Positions 1 to 13,000 are shown, counted from the first letter of the stretch. The stretch: DNA of 41,475 nt from Rhizaria sp. SCN 62-66 (GCA_001724265.1 MEDY01000276.1:1-41475); one strand, 5' to 3'. The notes: generated by a model not told the origin, from the letters alone. Program-made: numbers and translations.

Positions 1-2559
1 ACGGCCGCGCAGGACGCCGCCGCCGCGCGCGCCGCGACGCGCGCCGCCGCTGAGGCCGCGCGCCCCGCGGACCGCGCGGCCAGTCTCGCCGTCGTGCGCG
101 CCGCCGCCGCGGCCGCCTCCGCGAAGCGCGCCGAGGAGGCCGCCACGGCGGACTGCCGCGCGCGGTCTAAGTTCCTCGCCGAGGCCGCGCGCGCGGCGGG
201 CGCGCTGGCCAGTCTGCACGCGACCGCGCTGGACAAGCCCGTGACGGTGCCGGATGCGAGCATGCCCGTGGACGCCGAGGCGGAGGCCGAGGCCGAGGCC
301 GCCGCGGTGGCCGCCGCGCTGGCCGCGGGCGACAACGAGGCCGCCGCCGTCGAGGCCGCAGAGAGTGGGGCTGACGCCTGGACACTGGGCTCGCGCCGCC
401 GCCGCGCCCCCGCACCGCGGCCCGCGGACGAGGAGTTCGACGTCGAGGAGGCCGACACCGACGCCTACACCGGCGGCGACGATGCTGAGGCTAACCACGA
501 CGAGGAGGTTGAAGAGTTTGCTTATGGCGACGGCGAGAACAACATCAACGTGAACAACGGCGAGCACGACGAGGAGGACGACATGAACGCGATGTACGCT
601 GGCATCGACGCCGCGGACGCCGTGGCCGCCGACGCCGACGCCGACGCCGCCGCCGACGCCGCCGCCGCGCTCGACTCGGCCCCCGGGGCCGTGGCGCACG
701 CCGAGGTGGGCATGCAGGAGGCACGCCAGCGCCTTGCCGCCGTGTCCGCTGCGGCCGCCGAGTCCGCGCTCGCGCTCTCGGCCAAGCGCGCCGCCACGCG
801 CGTCGTCGCGCCCGGTCCGCAGCAGCGCAAGCTCAACGCCGAGGTCGCTGCCGCCGCGCGCGCGGCCGCGGAGGCGCGCGCGGAGAAGGCCGCCGCCGTG
901 GCCGCTCTACGTGCGCGCGCGCGCATCCTGGCCGAGGCCGCCAAGTCCGCCGGCGCGCGCGCGTCGCTGCCCACCCACGTGGAGCCCCCCGTCGTCGCCG
1001 TCATCTTTGACACCGACGGCGACGAGAACGTCGAGCACGCTGGCGCGGAGGCTGAGGCCGAGGCCGAGGCAGTGCCTGAGGAGGCTGAGTACGACGCGTA
1101 CGAGTCCGAGGCCTTTGAGGTCGAGGAGGCCGCCGTCGCCGCCGCCGAGCCCGACGCCGCGGCTGCCCACAGCGCTCCCGCCCCCGCTGCCATTGCTCCT
1201 GCCGCTGCCGCTGAGGACGAGGAGGAGGAGGCCGCCGCGGCCGCCGCGCTGGGCTCCGGCATGACGCTGCTGCAGCGCGAGGACTCAGCGCTGGCCGCCG
1301 CGCGCCTGGCCGGCATCGACGACGACGTCGCGTCGCAGTTCCGCTACAACGACGACGATGGCGGCGACGACGGCGACGCCGCCTACGCCGCCGCGGTCGC
1401 CGCCGAGCAGCACGTCGTCGAGCCCGCGCACGCGCACGAAGCCGATGCCGAGGCTGAGGCGTACGGCCACGGGATCACGTTCAGCCCCGCGGTGATCGCG
1501 GCGGGCAAGGCGCGCCGCGCGTCGGACGCCGCGTCGGCCGCCGCGAGCGCCAAGACCGCAGCCGCCAAGGCGAGCGCGCAGCCGCTGCGCGTGGTGGGCG
1601 CCGTCGAGACGCCCGAGCACGAGCGCGAGCACAAGCAGGGCGAGACCGAGCAGGAGCGCCAGGACCGCCTCTACTTCCAGAAGGGCATCCACTTCGTGCC
1701 CCCGTCGACTGCCTCTGCGCCTGCTCCCGCTACCGCTGCTGCCCCTGTTGCGTACCCTGCCGCGAGCGCGCTGTCGCCGACGGAGCCCGCGCCGACGGAC
1801 GCGGCGTCACTGCAGTCCAACATCACTGCGCAGCTGCACCGCGCCGTGCGCCGCGCGCTCGCGCCCGCGCCCGCCCGCGCCCGCGCCGGAGGTGCTGCGG
1901 CCACGTCCGGCGCGCTGACCGCGGCTATCAACGAGACGGTCGATGCATACCTCGCCACCGTCGCTGCGCCCGCGTCGCCCGCTGCTGCCGCGGCCGCGCG
2001 CAAGGAGGCGCTGTCTGCCGCGCTCACTGCGCCGGGCCCCAGCGGCGTGCCCGCGCTGCTGCACGCGTCGCGCTTGGGCGCCGCGGGCGCCGTGGAGGAG
2101 CTCATCGCGCTGTCGGCGGCCGCGGGCGCGAGCATCGACGTGCGCAACGCGCTGCGCGAGACGCCGCTGTCGCGCGCTGCCGCCAACGGCTTCACAACCG
2201 TGGTGCAGGCGCTGCTACGCGCGGGCGCTAACCCGCTGCTGCGCGACCACCAGGGCTGGACGGCGCTGCACGACGCCGCGTTCCGCGACCGCGCGGGCGC
2301 CATCGAGGCCGTCGTGGCCCACTGTGCCGCCGCGGGCGTGCCCGCCGAGGCCGTGCTCGAGGCCACCAACGCCGCCGGGTGGACGCCGCTCGCGCTTGCG
2401 GCCGCCAACGGGCACGCCGAGGCCGTGCGCGCGCTGGTCCGCGCGGGCGCCGACATCGACGCCGCAAACGCGGTCGGCGACACCGTGCGCGAGCTCGCCG
2501 GCGCGCACCCTGCCGTGCGCCAGGTCATTGAGGAGGAGCTCGCAGCGCTCGCACAGTAA
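1..2559 (+). CDS. Ankyrin-repeat protein with a long Ala/Glu/Asp-rich N-terminal region (5' end outside the window)
   Basis: The frame is open from base 1, so the GTG at 94 is not a true start. About four C-terminal ankyrin repeats at ~2044-2520 (GVPALLHASRLG..., ETPLSRAAANGFTTVVQALLRAGANP, GWTALHDAAFRD..., GWTPLALAAANGHAEAVRALVRAGADIDAAN). Third positions are strongly G/C. Ends in TAA 2557-2559, where GC content drops abruptly. Confidence 0.9.
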   Translation, partial: TAAQDAAAARAATRAAAEAARPADRAASLAVVRAAAAAASAKRAEEAATADCRARSKFLAEAARAAGALASLHATALDKPVTVPDASMPVDAEAEAEAEAAAVAAALAAGDNEAAAVEAAESGADAWTLGSRRRRAPAPRPADEEFDVEEADTDAYTGGDDAEANHDEEVEEFAYGDGENNINVNNGEHDEEDDMNAMYAGIDAADAVAADADADAAADAAAALDSAPGAVAHAEVGMQEARQRLAAVSAAAAESALALSAKRAATRVVAPGPQQRKLNAEVAAAARAAAEARAEKAAAVAALRARARILAEAAKSAGARASLPTHVEPPVVAVIFDTDGDENVEHAGAEAEAEAEAVPEEAEYDAYESEAFEVEEAAVAAAEPDAAAAHSAPAPAAIAPAAAAEDEEEEAAAAAALGSGMTLLQREDSALAAARLAGIDDDVASQFRYNDDDGGDDGDAAYAAAVAAEQHVVEPAHAHEADAEAEAYGHGITFSPAVIAAGKARRASDAASAAASAKTAAAKASAQPLRVVGAVETPEHEREHKQGETEQERQDRLYFQKGIHFVPPSTASAPAPATAAAPVAYPAASALSPTEPAPTDAASLQSNITAQLHRAVRRALAPAPARARAGGAAATSGALTAAINETVDAYLATVAAPASPAAAAAARKEALSAALTAPGPSGVPALLHASRLGAAGAVEELIALSAAAGASIDVRNALRETPLSRAAANGFTTVVQALLRAGANPLLRDHQGWTALHDAAFRDRAGAIEAVVAHCAAAGVPAEAVLEATNAAGWTPLALAAANGHAEAVRALVRAGADIDAANAVGDTVRELAGAHPAVRQVIEEELAALAQ

Positions 2560-3574
2560 GCAAGCCTCCCTTCCTGACGCTTTGCTTGTTGTTGTCGTGA
2601 AGAGCTATGGTGAATTCGGGGTTGTACAGTGTGTTTAAAAGTCGTTTTGTACTGCGCGTCTGATCGTATGATGCCAGCCATAGCTGTGTCATTGTGTGTA
2701 TGGCAAGGGCGGTGCTGAATACGATTTAAGTTGAGACAAGAAAGATGAGAAAAACGAGAGTCTGACTGCTGGATGCGAGGCCAGAGAAGTTCATCTCGGA
2801 GATGAAGCACCACGTAGTGCGCACTTGCTGGTGAATGTATTGTGTCATGGTACATTTTGTAAAGTAAATCGAGCAAAAGGATTTTGCGCGTGTTTTTGTT
2901 TTTTGTATGTGGATGTACGTATGTCGTATCGTGATGCGATCAGGTTGTTAATTGGTGTCAAGGAAGCATTAAGGTTGTCCTGTGCCGGAGCAACTCGCTG
3001 CAAAGAAATTGTTTGCATAACCTCTAAATACAATACAATATGTTAATAAGCTTAAGCTTATCATATTATTCCCACTTCTGCTTTGTATCAATTGTTAGCA
3101 AATTTTTTTTCATGTTGATTCATAATTGCTTTCATTTTCAGGCGTTAAAAAAATTGATCGCTCAAAATGAGTTTCTAATCGTGTGCAAATTGAATGTATT
3201 GAGTTGTGAGAGAAAAATTTAAAAAATAAATATGAATCGCACTGTTGAAGTTAAATTTTAAATTTCGCCTGAAAAGTACACTAAATTCTAGCAAATTACA
3301 TCTCAAAGCGATTTGGACGCACGCTGCACAGGTCAAAGAAATAAATCACATGAGAGAGAAACATGATCATCGGTGACAAGTACAAAAACAAGAGTTATCG
3401 TAAATTTAACTTCAAGAACGTATATTTACAAAAAGCGACACTTGAAGCTTTGAGGTACGTGATTTTCTTTTTCAAAATTCACAAGTGGAACGCAGCATCT
3501 AAATAGTCACACTGGCCACAATCGCAGTCGCAAAACAGGCCGACGTTGATCAAGCGCACTAAAGCAGCGGAAAT

Positions 3575-3781
3575 TCAGCGGTTTTTCTTCTCGTCGCCCT
3601 TGTTTGCCCTTGGCCTTTTTGCCCTTGTCCTTGCCTTTGCCCTTCTTCGCCGCCGCTCGGAACTTCTTCCGGCCGCCGCCGCCGTAGTCGCGGCCTGCGT
3701 GGCGGGGCCCAGCACCAGCACAATGGCCCGCGCGAGCACCGCGGGCATTGGCCGCCGGTCCGCCTTGGCTGACGTCTCCAT
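3575..3781 (-). pseudogene. Frameshifted GC-rich gene fragment (Ala-rich then Lys/Gly-rich)
   Basis: GC-rich island inside an AT-rich spacer. Protein-like codon usage runs METSAK...TTAAAA in one frame, KKFRAAAKKGKGKDKGKKAKGK in a second, then KGDEKKNR-TGA back in the first. This implies two compensating frameshifts near 3670 and 3601. Confidence 0.4.
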
Positions 3782-4050
3782 CAACCGTCACGTGGTAGCG
3801 TCACCAACGTCATTCCAATGTCGAACCTAATGTTTAGCGGGTGGCTGCAGATGGCAATTAGGTTTCCCTCGACCAGGTGCCAGTAAGTTGTCCCAGTTTC
3901 ACTCTTCTCATAGTGTTTGACAAGGACTCTTGAAGCTCATCACTCCGACATAAAATAAATATGTATTCGTGTCCGTACACGCATAAACTAATATAAACAT
4001 CAAATGTCAGTCGTGACAACCGTCGTAAACTCACTTGTAGTGATTAATTC

Positions 4051-7000
4051 TCACCACAGACTCTTAGCGCCGCTACCACCAACAGTCTTATTCTTGCGCG
4101 CGCGCTCCGACTCCTGCCTGGCGAGAACGGCAACGGCAGCACGCTGACTCGCGCTCATGCCACCCGCCACTGCCCCCATCGACGGCCGGAACGAGCCAAA
4201 CGCGTACGCACTTTCTGCGCCGCCACTGTGCCCTGCGGCTGTTGTGGGTGCCGGCGGCGCAAACGGAGCCACGGCGGAGACCACGTTCCGCGGCAGCAGG
4301 GCTGCGGATGAGCCGGTCGCAGAGCGGGCGAGCGGCGCGAGGCTGGGAAGCCCACTGAAGCCGGCATTGCCGCGTGCCGACTGAGAACCGTTGTTGTGGC
4401 TGTGCTGTTGCACAGGCACGTACATCGACTGCGCGGGTGAAGGCTGAGTTGTGGTGCGAGCGGACTGCGAGTGTGGGCGCAAGTGAGCATGCTGTTGCGC
4501 AAGAAGCGACAGTGAATGCAGTTGCGACGGCGGCTGTGCGCGCGAGTGCGGACGTGCTGCATGCAATGCTGATGCAGACGCGAGCGTTGTGCCCTCAGAA
4601 AGGATGGGGAGACCTGGATTCGGCCCAGAGCGTGCACCGCGCGCGCTCAACGGAGGCTTCGCTTGTGCCGAGACCGCGAGAGCTTGTCCTTGCGCCTGTG
4701 GGTCATCCAATTTAGTCGCCGCTGCCACTGAGGGAGCGAGGTGCGACAACGAAATGCCCAGCACTGCGGCCGCGGCCGCGAGCGAGGCTGTCGCAGTAAC
4801 GGAGAGCCCGTAGTGGGTCAGCAAGAGATTCTGGAAGTAGAGCTCCGGCTGCGACTGTGCACGTGCCTGTGCTTGTGCTGCTTGCAAATGCATCATTGAC
4901 TGCGACATGTTCTGCAGCTGCAGCAGAGATTGCGAAAGTGACTGCGGTAACGCCTCATCTCCATCTTGTTCTCCACGTGCAGCTACTGGACTCAGCGCCG
5001 TTGCAGGCAGCACAGCCTGTGCTGCACCGGGAGTCGCAAAGCGATGCGGTCGAGAGTGTTCAACATGCTCGCGCCGGCGCAGCTCAACAGCGGCTGCAGG
5101 CGGAGCCAACGCAGCAGCCGTGACGCCTGTCGGCCTGGGCGAAAGCGCAAGGGCAAGCTCAACACCGCGTGGGCCCTCTACAGACTCTGTAGCGGCGGTG
5201 GTATGATTACGAAACCACGGCAGCTGCTGCAGTCGCCGCAGTCGCTGGAGCGCACTCGAGATGGCGTTGTGTAGTCCCGTAGTGCTGAAGCCCGCCCCAC
5301 GCGCGCCGCCGCGCGTGGACGTCAGGGTGGGACGCGATCCAGACGTGTTCACTTCGTCTTCCGACTCGGAGACTTCGGGCAGCGCGTATGGGTGTGTCGC
5401 TGTGTACGTCGCGGCAGCCGCAGCAGCGACGGACTGACAGAACGCATCATAGAGCTCGCCACCCTCATTTGTCATAGGCGAGCGCAATGACAGCGTCTGA
5501 AAGGATTGTGCGCGCGACTGTGAGCGTGATTGTGAACGTGAATGAGATTGTGCACGCGAGTTTGAACGCGAGTCGTTGTGTGCATAATAGGGATGTACCG
5601 ACGACAATGATTCGTTTGCAGCGCTGCTTGTGTCAAACACAGCGCCTGTAGGCTTGGCTGCGCTACTCGCGTTTACATTCCGGCCTGTACCTGCATATGA
5701 CAGAAACGTCTCACGAGTCATCAGCCCGCCACGTCCGACGCCCACCAGTGCAACACTGGGGACTAGCGGCGTCGCCACTTCGGCACTGACCACTGAGCGT
5801 TCATTCACGGGATGAGTCTCTAGGGCTGACGGGACACGCGTGAGGTCACCCAGCGCGCGCGTGACCTCTGCCACCGCAGACGCCCGACTCGCCTCCACCG
5901 AGGCCGCCGGCGCCGCCACGGCCACAACGTCTGCGCTGCCCAGCCACTCGTCGCCGAGGCGGCCACGCAGACGGCCTGCGGCTGTGGGCGCATCGGCGGT
6001 GCTGCTGCTGCTACCACGCGGGTCAGCGCGCGCGTGCGCCACAAGAGCGCTGCCGCTGGCGGGTCTCATCGGCGAGAACGGGTTAGACACGACACGAAAG
6101 CCGCCGATGCGTGCGGCCGTCGAGGAGTGTTCGGTCGCGACGTCAGCACCCTTCGGCGTGAAGACAACGTAGTTGCCCTCGGCGTCAACCAGCTCTATGG
6201 ACTCATAGGCACCGTCGTCCCCGTCACGTGTTCCAGATCCGCGCCCGCGCCCACGGTGCTGCAGCTGCGACTGCGGCCGCAGCCACGCGCCGCGCGCGCT
6301 GCGCGCAGCGCCGGCAGTCGTGGAACTGGGCAGCGCAGGCGTCGGCAAGGACAGCGGCATTGGCGAGCCCTCGCGCCAGTCACCGAGCGCGGCTGTGTTC
6401 GAAGAGAACGAGCCAGATACCGGACCCGTGCGCCCTCCAGCATCGCGGAACTGCTGCCACAGCGGCGTCGAAGCCGCTGCTGCAGGCGTGCGTCCCTCTG
6501 CACCGACGACTAGCGGCGACGAAGCAGGCAGCGGCGAGAAGGCCAGCGCGGAGGGAATCAGGCGGCGCAGCGGGTGCAGCGGTGAGTGCTGCTGCGAAGA
6601 TGGGGTCTGTTGCTGCTGCCGCGGCGAGCCGTACGAAAAGGACGAATGAGAGCGATCCTGCTCAGCAGCGGAGATAACTCCGAGAGGAGGGATCCGCCAT
6701 GAGACGTGGGCATCCCCACCTTCACCGTCCAGAGTAACATCAGAACCCAGAGGAGCCTCACATCCGCAACTGAAGCCTTTAGCCCCGGCAACCGCGCCGC
6801 AGTTGGCGCACACGGAGCCGGCGACAGCAATCGCACCAGTGGCGCTCGGTGACGTCGCGCGCTGCGGATCGTCACCGCCGTCAACAGCCCTGACCTCGTC
6901 GCTCGAAGCAGCGGGCGTAGCGTGGCGGTGAGGGCTTACAGCGCCGCGGCCGCGCGCGGGCAGCGCCCCGCCCTGCGCGAGCCCCCGCGTGAGCGGGGAT

Positions 7001-10000
7001 GCTGTTGGCGTCAAGTGCGCGCGCATGAACTCCTTGTCCTTGAGCACCTTCATCATCGCGCCCATGCCGTGGCCGACCATGTTCGCGACGCCTGGCGACG
7101 CTGCGGCCGCCCCGGCGCGCGCACGCGCCTGCTCCTGCTCGCGGGCCAGCGTCCGGCTGCGGCGACCAAGGCGCGCGCCTTCGCGCCTCGCGGAGGCGAT
7201 CTGCAGCAGCAGCCGCACCATGCCGCTGCCGCCGCTGTTAGCGCCGTTACCGTCGCCCGGCGCACTGTGCGCGCGCAGCACACGCGCCACGGCCACAAGC
7301 TCGCGCGGGCCCAACCGCGGGCGCGGCGCTGGCGCAGTCGATGCCGCGGGCGAAGTGGGCCGTCCGACCGCGGCTGCGATGACGTCGTCGTCGCTGCTGC
7401 TGCTCAGCTGCGCATCGTCACCGAGCGCCGTGGCGCCAGGGTCTGAGTCGCTGGCCGAGTCAGAGTCCGAGGTCGAGGCAGAGTCGGACTCGGTACTGGG
7501 CGCAGTGGACAGGGCTGGGGCGTGCTTCTCCTTCTTCCCCTTGCCCTTCTTGCCAGCCGCGGCCTTGCCTTTGCCCTTGACCTGTGGGGACTTGGCACCT
7601 GCAGCGCGGGCCAGCGCCTCCTGGTGCTCTCGGTGCGCGCGGCGGGTCTGCCGGCGCCACAGCCGCCAGGCGGCGACGCGCGCGAGCGCAATCTTGACGA
7701 GCAGCGGCAACACTGACGACGCGGGCACGGACGCGCGCATCTCGAGCCACGCGATGCTGGCCTTCCGCCCGCCACTGGGAGTCGGGCTCACAGTTGCGTC
7801 AGCCGGCGCGGCGTCGTTCACGGGCGCGTTGCGAGAGGCACGCAGTCCGCGCGAGGTGTACGGTGCGCAGCGGCGCAGCAGACCCAGCTCAGTGAGACGA
7901 CGTTCACTCGAAGCAACGGCGACTGCCAGTAACGCTGCGCGCGAGCGAGCCTCAGCAGGAGGCGCAGTGTCCCAGTCAAACACATCTTTGCGCGCAGCCA
8001 CAGGGCCAGTGTTGGTGCCCGCATCCGAGAGCGACGACGCACCCAGATTGATGCGGTAGCGGGCGCCGAGTAGCGCCACGTGCGCAGCCAGAGCGGCGCG
8101 CGCTGCAGCGCCAACAGCGGGCGTCGGTGACCCGTTACCGAGCGCCGTCGCAAGAGCACTGGCAGTGCCCGCGGCGGCTGCAGTCAGCGCCTCTGGCGAG
8201 AGCTCCTCTTCGTTCGCTCCTGCCCCGATGCCGAACCCGCCGTCTCTGAGAGCGGCCAACCCGAGGCCGGCGGACGGGCCAAGCGCAACATCATCTTCGC
8301 CAGCACCCGCGGCGGCGGTAGTGGACCGCAGAATCGCCAAGACTTCTTCATCGAAGCCGTACTGGCTGTCACCGCGACGCCGCCGACGCCGCGGCGCTTT
8401 TCCAGCCTCAGCTTCCGCCTCAGCCGCGGCAGCGGCCGCCGCGGCATCAGCGGCCGCCTCATCAGCTGCCTCGTCCTCAGCGTCAGCCGCGTCGGTGTTA
8501 AACGAGTTCAAGATGGCGTCAAAGTCGACTTCTTCCGCACCCGCTAAGGCGCCGCGCTGCAGCTGCTCCAACATCGCCCGCTTCGCGCGCGCCTCACGCC
8601 GCATCAGCGCGATCTTCTGCCGCGCCAGCGCCTCTGCCGCGGCCTTGCGCTCCTGCACGAGCCGCGCTTCCTCCTCGGCCGCGGCGAGCGCGGCCTGCTC
8701 CAGCCGCCACGCCTCCTCCTGCAACTCCCATTGCGTCGGCGCGCGCACGGGCTTCGTGAGGAGCGCGTCCGACGCCGCGGTGGCGGTGCTCTCGGCGGTC
8801 GAGTCCGCGACGCTCGCGCCCGGTGCGGAGGCGGCTTCGCCATCACCCACACTGTTGCTGGCGGTCTTCGCGGCAGAATCACTCACAGACCCCGGTGCAG
8901 CCGCATCGCCAGTCGCAGCGTCAGTGACTTCGGGGACAGCAGCTATTTCATCGTCTTCATCAAGCGCGGGCTTGGCTGATCCATCGTGGACAGTGACCAC
9001 CAACTTGTGCGCAATACCCGTGTCGCGCACCGTCTGGATCGACGACTTGATGCCGTCCACGAGCAGCGTCGCGCTCGCATGCAGGTGTTCCATCCGGCTC
9101 AGACTCGCGCCGCCCTCCTTCGCGGCCGCGGCGTCGCTCTCAGTCGTCTGCGAGCCTGTACGGGTGACTGCAGGCGGCGCCTGGCGCGCTGCGGCGGCCG
9201 CGTTGGCAGCTGCGTGCGCGGCCGCAATCGCGGCGGCGCCCGCGCGGGGTCCACCCGGGCCGCGACCCGCCGCAGTGTCAGACTCAGAAGCCGCTGCAGC
9301 AGTGGCCTCCGCTGCTGCCGTGGCCGCAGTGGCCGCCAGCGCTTCGAGCTCGCTGGCCGCGGCTTCAAACTCGGCCACGACGGCCGCAGAGGCCGCGGCC
9401 TGCTCTGCACCGGATCCGCCTGCGGAGGCGGCGGTGGACTGCAGACGCGCGGCGTCATAGGCCTGGCGCGCGCCCATCACGATCTCGGCCATCGTTCGCC
9501 GCGGGGCCTTGACCGCACCGGGCCCCGTGGCGAGCGCCTGCGGCAGCGCTGACTCGAGCTGCAGCTTCGCGAAGCGGCCCATAAGCGCGTCGAGCTGCGT
9601 CTCCACCGCGCCCTTGCGCTCGCCGTCGGCCTCATCGCTGTCGTCGCCGTCGCGCGCCGCCGCCAGCGCCTGCGCCCGCGCGCGCGCACGCGCCTCGGCG
9701 TGCTCCCTGCGGCGCGCGGCGGCCCTGAGGTGCTCCTTCATGAGCGCCTCGGCGGCCTCGGCCGCACGTCGCCGTTCACGTCGCAGTCGCCGTAACACGG
9801 GCGCCATGCGGCTCGCCAGCGCCTCCTGCGCCGCGAGCAGCTCACCACGCGCGGGGTACAGCGACAGAGCGAGCGCGTGCTGCGCGCCGCCAGCGATGTT
9901 CGCATCGGTATGCGCGCGCGCACAGGCACGGGCAAGGCCGCGCGCCGAGGCCGCGCCGCGCGGCAGCTCCCAGCCCGCGGGCAGGGAGTGGCGGCGGCGG

Positions 10001-13000
10001 CGGCGCAGGCGCTGCAGCAGCGGCCGCATCAGCGCGGCGTGCGCCGAGGCCGCGTTGGGCGGTGGCAAGTGCGGCAGTGCGAGCGAAGCCAGCAGCAGCG
10101 AGTGCGCGTCAGGCAAGTGCGGGTGCGAGCCAGAGCGCGCGCGGCCGGCGCCGGTGCTGCTGGCGCCCGTGGACGCCGCCGCTGCGGCCAGCGCCGCCGC
10201 GTAGACGTCGGGCAGCGACTTGAGCCTGCGGCGGCGCCCGTAGCCGCCCGCGGCGGGGGGCGCGTCCGCGGGCAGCGGCTCGGTGATGGCGTTGAAGAGC
10301 GAGATGAGCAGGTCGCACGAGAGCGAGAGCGCCACGCCCGTGGTCCACGTGTCGGCAATGGCGAAGAGCGCGCGGTGCAGCATGCCCACGGTCATGTGCG
10401 CCAGCCCGGCCGAGTCGCGCCGCCAGTCGGCCTCAACCACGGCCAGCGCCGTCAGCGGGCTGTCGGCCGCGGCCTCGGGCCGCAGCGAGAGGTAGCTCAG
10501 CAGCATCGCGTGGCAGTATGTGCGCTTCGTGATCACGGCGCGCAGCTGAGCGCTCGCGGGATCCGCGGACCCTGCGGCAGAAGACGGCGCGGGACGACCA
10601 CCGTTGAGCGCTCTGGTCAGCTGTTGGTTGAGCGCCGCGGCCGACAGCGCGCCGGGCCCCGCGGCATGCGCAGGCGGCACGAGCGTGGACAGCGGCACGA
10701 ACTCGTGGTCGCACGCGGCCCACCAGAGCTTTGTGACGGCCAGCAGCGAGGGCTCGTACAACAGCATCTGGCGCCGCACCACGGTCGCCGTGTCGTACAG
10801 GTCCATGTTGCCTTGCACCGACAGCGGAATAGAAATCGGGGCACGGCTCGCAGCCACCGCGGCGGCTCTCGCGGCCGCCGCCTGCTCAGCGTCGTCGTAC
10901 TCGTCGTGATCGCCCGTGCTCGCGGGCGCGGAGGGCTTGGCCGAGCCAGTAATTGCACTAAAGCCGGAGCCGCTGGAGCGCAGTCCCGCGCGCAGCGGAC
11001 CACCACGCTGCGGCAAGCGCCGGTCAGTCGGCGGCGCCGGCGCAGCCAGCCCGGTCTTCGGGCCGGCACCGGTGGCGGCGCCGCGCGCGGGCAGTGACCG
11101 AAGCCGAGAGCCAGGCGTAGCGCCAGCTTCAGTTGCGACAAAGCCTGACGTCGCAACGCCGCGCCGCGACAGCTGCCGGCCAGTGCGCGACGGCGTGGCC
11201 GCGGCCGCAGCTGCAGCGGCGGCGGCAGCGGCGGCGGCAGCCTCAGCCTCGGCCTGCACAGCCGCCTCGGTCGCGGCCTGTGCCTGCGCCTGCTCGCGCT
11301 GGAGGCGTTTGCGGGCGAGGGCCTGGTCCGCGGCGACGGCGATGTCGCTGGCCGTCATCGCCAGCGCCAGCCCGCTGTCCTCGGCGTCGTCGGCGCCGTC
11401 CGCCGCCGCGTCCCCGCTGGCGGCGCTCGACCGCGGGCGCTGTGCGGGCGTCGGCGTGTTGCGCGGCTGCTCGGCGAAAAGCGCGACTTTGCCTTGGCGG
11501 CCCAGCGAGTACAAGTGGCTGCGCACGCGCGCGCACGAGTCGGCCAGCAGTTGTGCGTTCTGGAACGCCACGCCCAGCGCAAGCACGAGCGCATCCACGC
11601 CCGTCGCGCCGCCACCGCCACTGGCGGCGCCGGCCGCGGCGCCGCCGGAGTCGCTGTGGCGGGCCATGTGCGCGCCCGACGCTGTGGAGGCCGCTGAGGG
11701 GTCATCGCGAAGGAACGCAGCCGCCTTGTGCTTGAGCGTGCGCAGAAGCCGCGTCAGCTCGATCTCCTGCTGCTGCCTGCGTCGCTCCCAGAGGTCGCCC
11801 CCGCCGCGCGCGCGCCGCGCCCCCGCGCCGCTGCCGCCCGCCCCGGCCTCGTCCTCCCCGTCGTCGGCGCCGGCGCCGCCTGCCGCACTGCTGCTGTCAA
11901 AGCGTGAGGCCGCCGCGAGGAGCCCGCTGTGCGCGCGGGAGCGGCGACCGGTCCTGCGGCGGCGCAGCGCAAGCGCGAGCGGCGTGCCCAGCGCCGTGGT
12001 GGAGCCGGCGGGCGCCGCACGCGCGTATTCGCGCTCCGCCGCGTGAGCGCGCGCGTAGGTGTACGTATCACCGAACGCCGCCGTGTTGGCAAACGTTCGC
12101 GAGAACGTGTGACTCACGGCGTCCGCGCCAGTGTACGTGTTTTCGTACGAGCCTGTTTCAGTGTAGCTGGGCAGCGCGAGCCCCAGCGTGTCGGCGCGCG
12201 CGACTGGCGCCAACGGGCCCGTGCCCGTGGCCATCGCCTCAAGCGCCGCGGTCAGCTCGCCGCGGCTGTGGCTGAGCGCGAGAGCGTTTTGCGACTGCGA
12301 CAGAGTGAACGTGCCCGGCGGCGCGGGAACTGCGAAGCGCGACCAGTCGAGCCCCGTCGCACCCACATTCGAGGCGGCGACGGCGGCGGCGTTGGTGTTG
12401 TAGCCCGTGCCTTCCTCTTCTTCCTCGTCCTCGGCCCGCTCGCGGTCAAGCTCCTCGTCCTCGGAGTCTCTGCCGCCGTCTCCGTAGTCGTCGTCGTAGT
12501 CATAATCGTCGTCACTGTTGTAGCTGTCGCTGCCGTTCTGGTCGTCGCTGTCACTGTTGTCGCGGTTGTTAGACGCGAGTGCAGACTCACCCGCGGCGCC
12601 GACTCTACCGGGGCCGATGCTGCTACCCGCTCTATAGCCCGCTCTGTCTCGAGCGAGAGCGAGCTCGCGCGCGGCGCGCCGGCGCCTGCGGTTACGTCGA
12701 CGCTGCCGCCTGCGCGCGCGGTCGGCCCAGCGTGCGGCCTCGACCCCAATAAGGACGTCGTAGTAGCGGCCCAGCTCCGCCGACAGCTCGCTAGACTGGG
12801 CGAACATCGCGCCCACGGCGGCAACGTCCACGCCTGCGCCTGCACTCGAGCCAGGACGGTTGCTCCTCACGGTCAGAGCCGAGGAGGAGTCGGAGGCATG
12901 TGCAGCGGCAGCGGCGTTAGCGGGCGCGGGCAGCTGCAAAGAAGACGACGCGGCGACGAACGACGATGACGACGCGGTGCCCAGGCGGGGCAGCGCGGGC

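Noticed and set aside
3047-3060. 14-bp palindrome TAAGCTTAAGCTTA
   Set aside because: A tandem of a self-complementary hexamer in AT-rich DNA, with no supporting context.
2825-3222. Short ORFs in the AT-rich spacer
   Set aside because: Codon usage is unlike the GC-rich genes and the lengths are at chance level.
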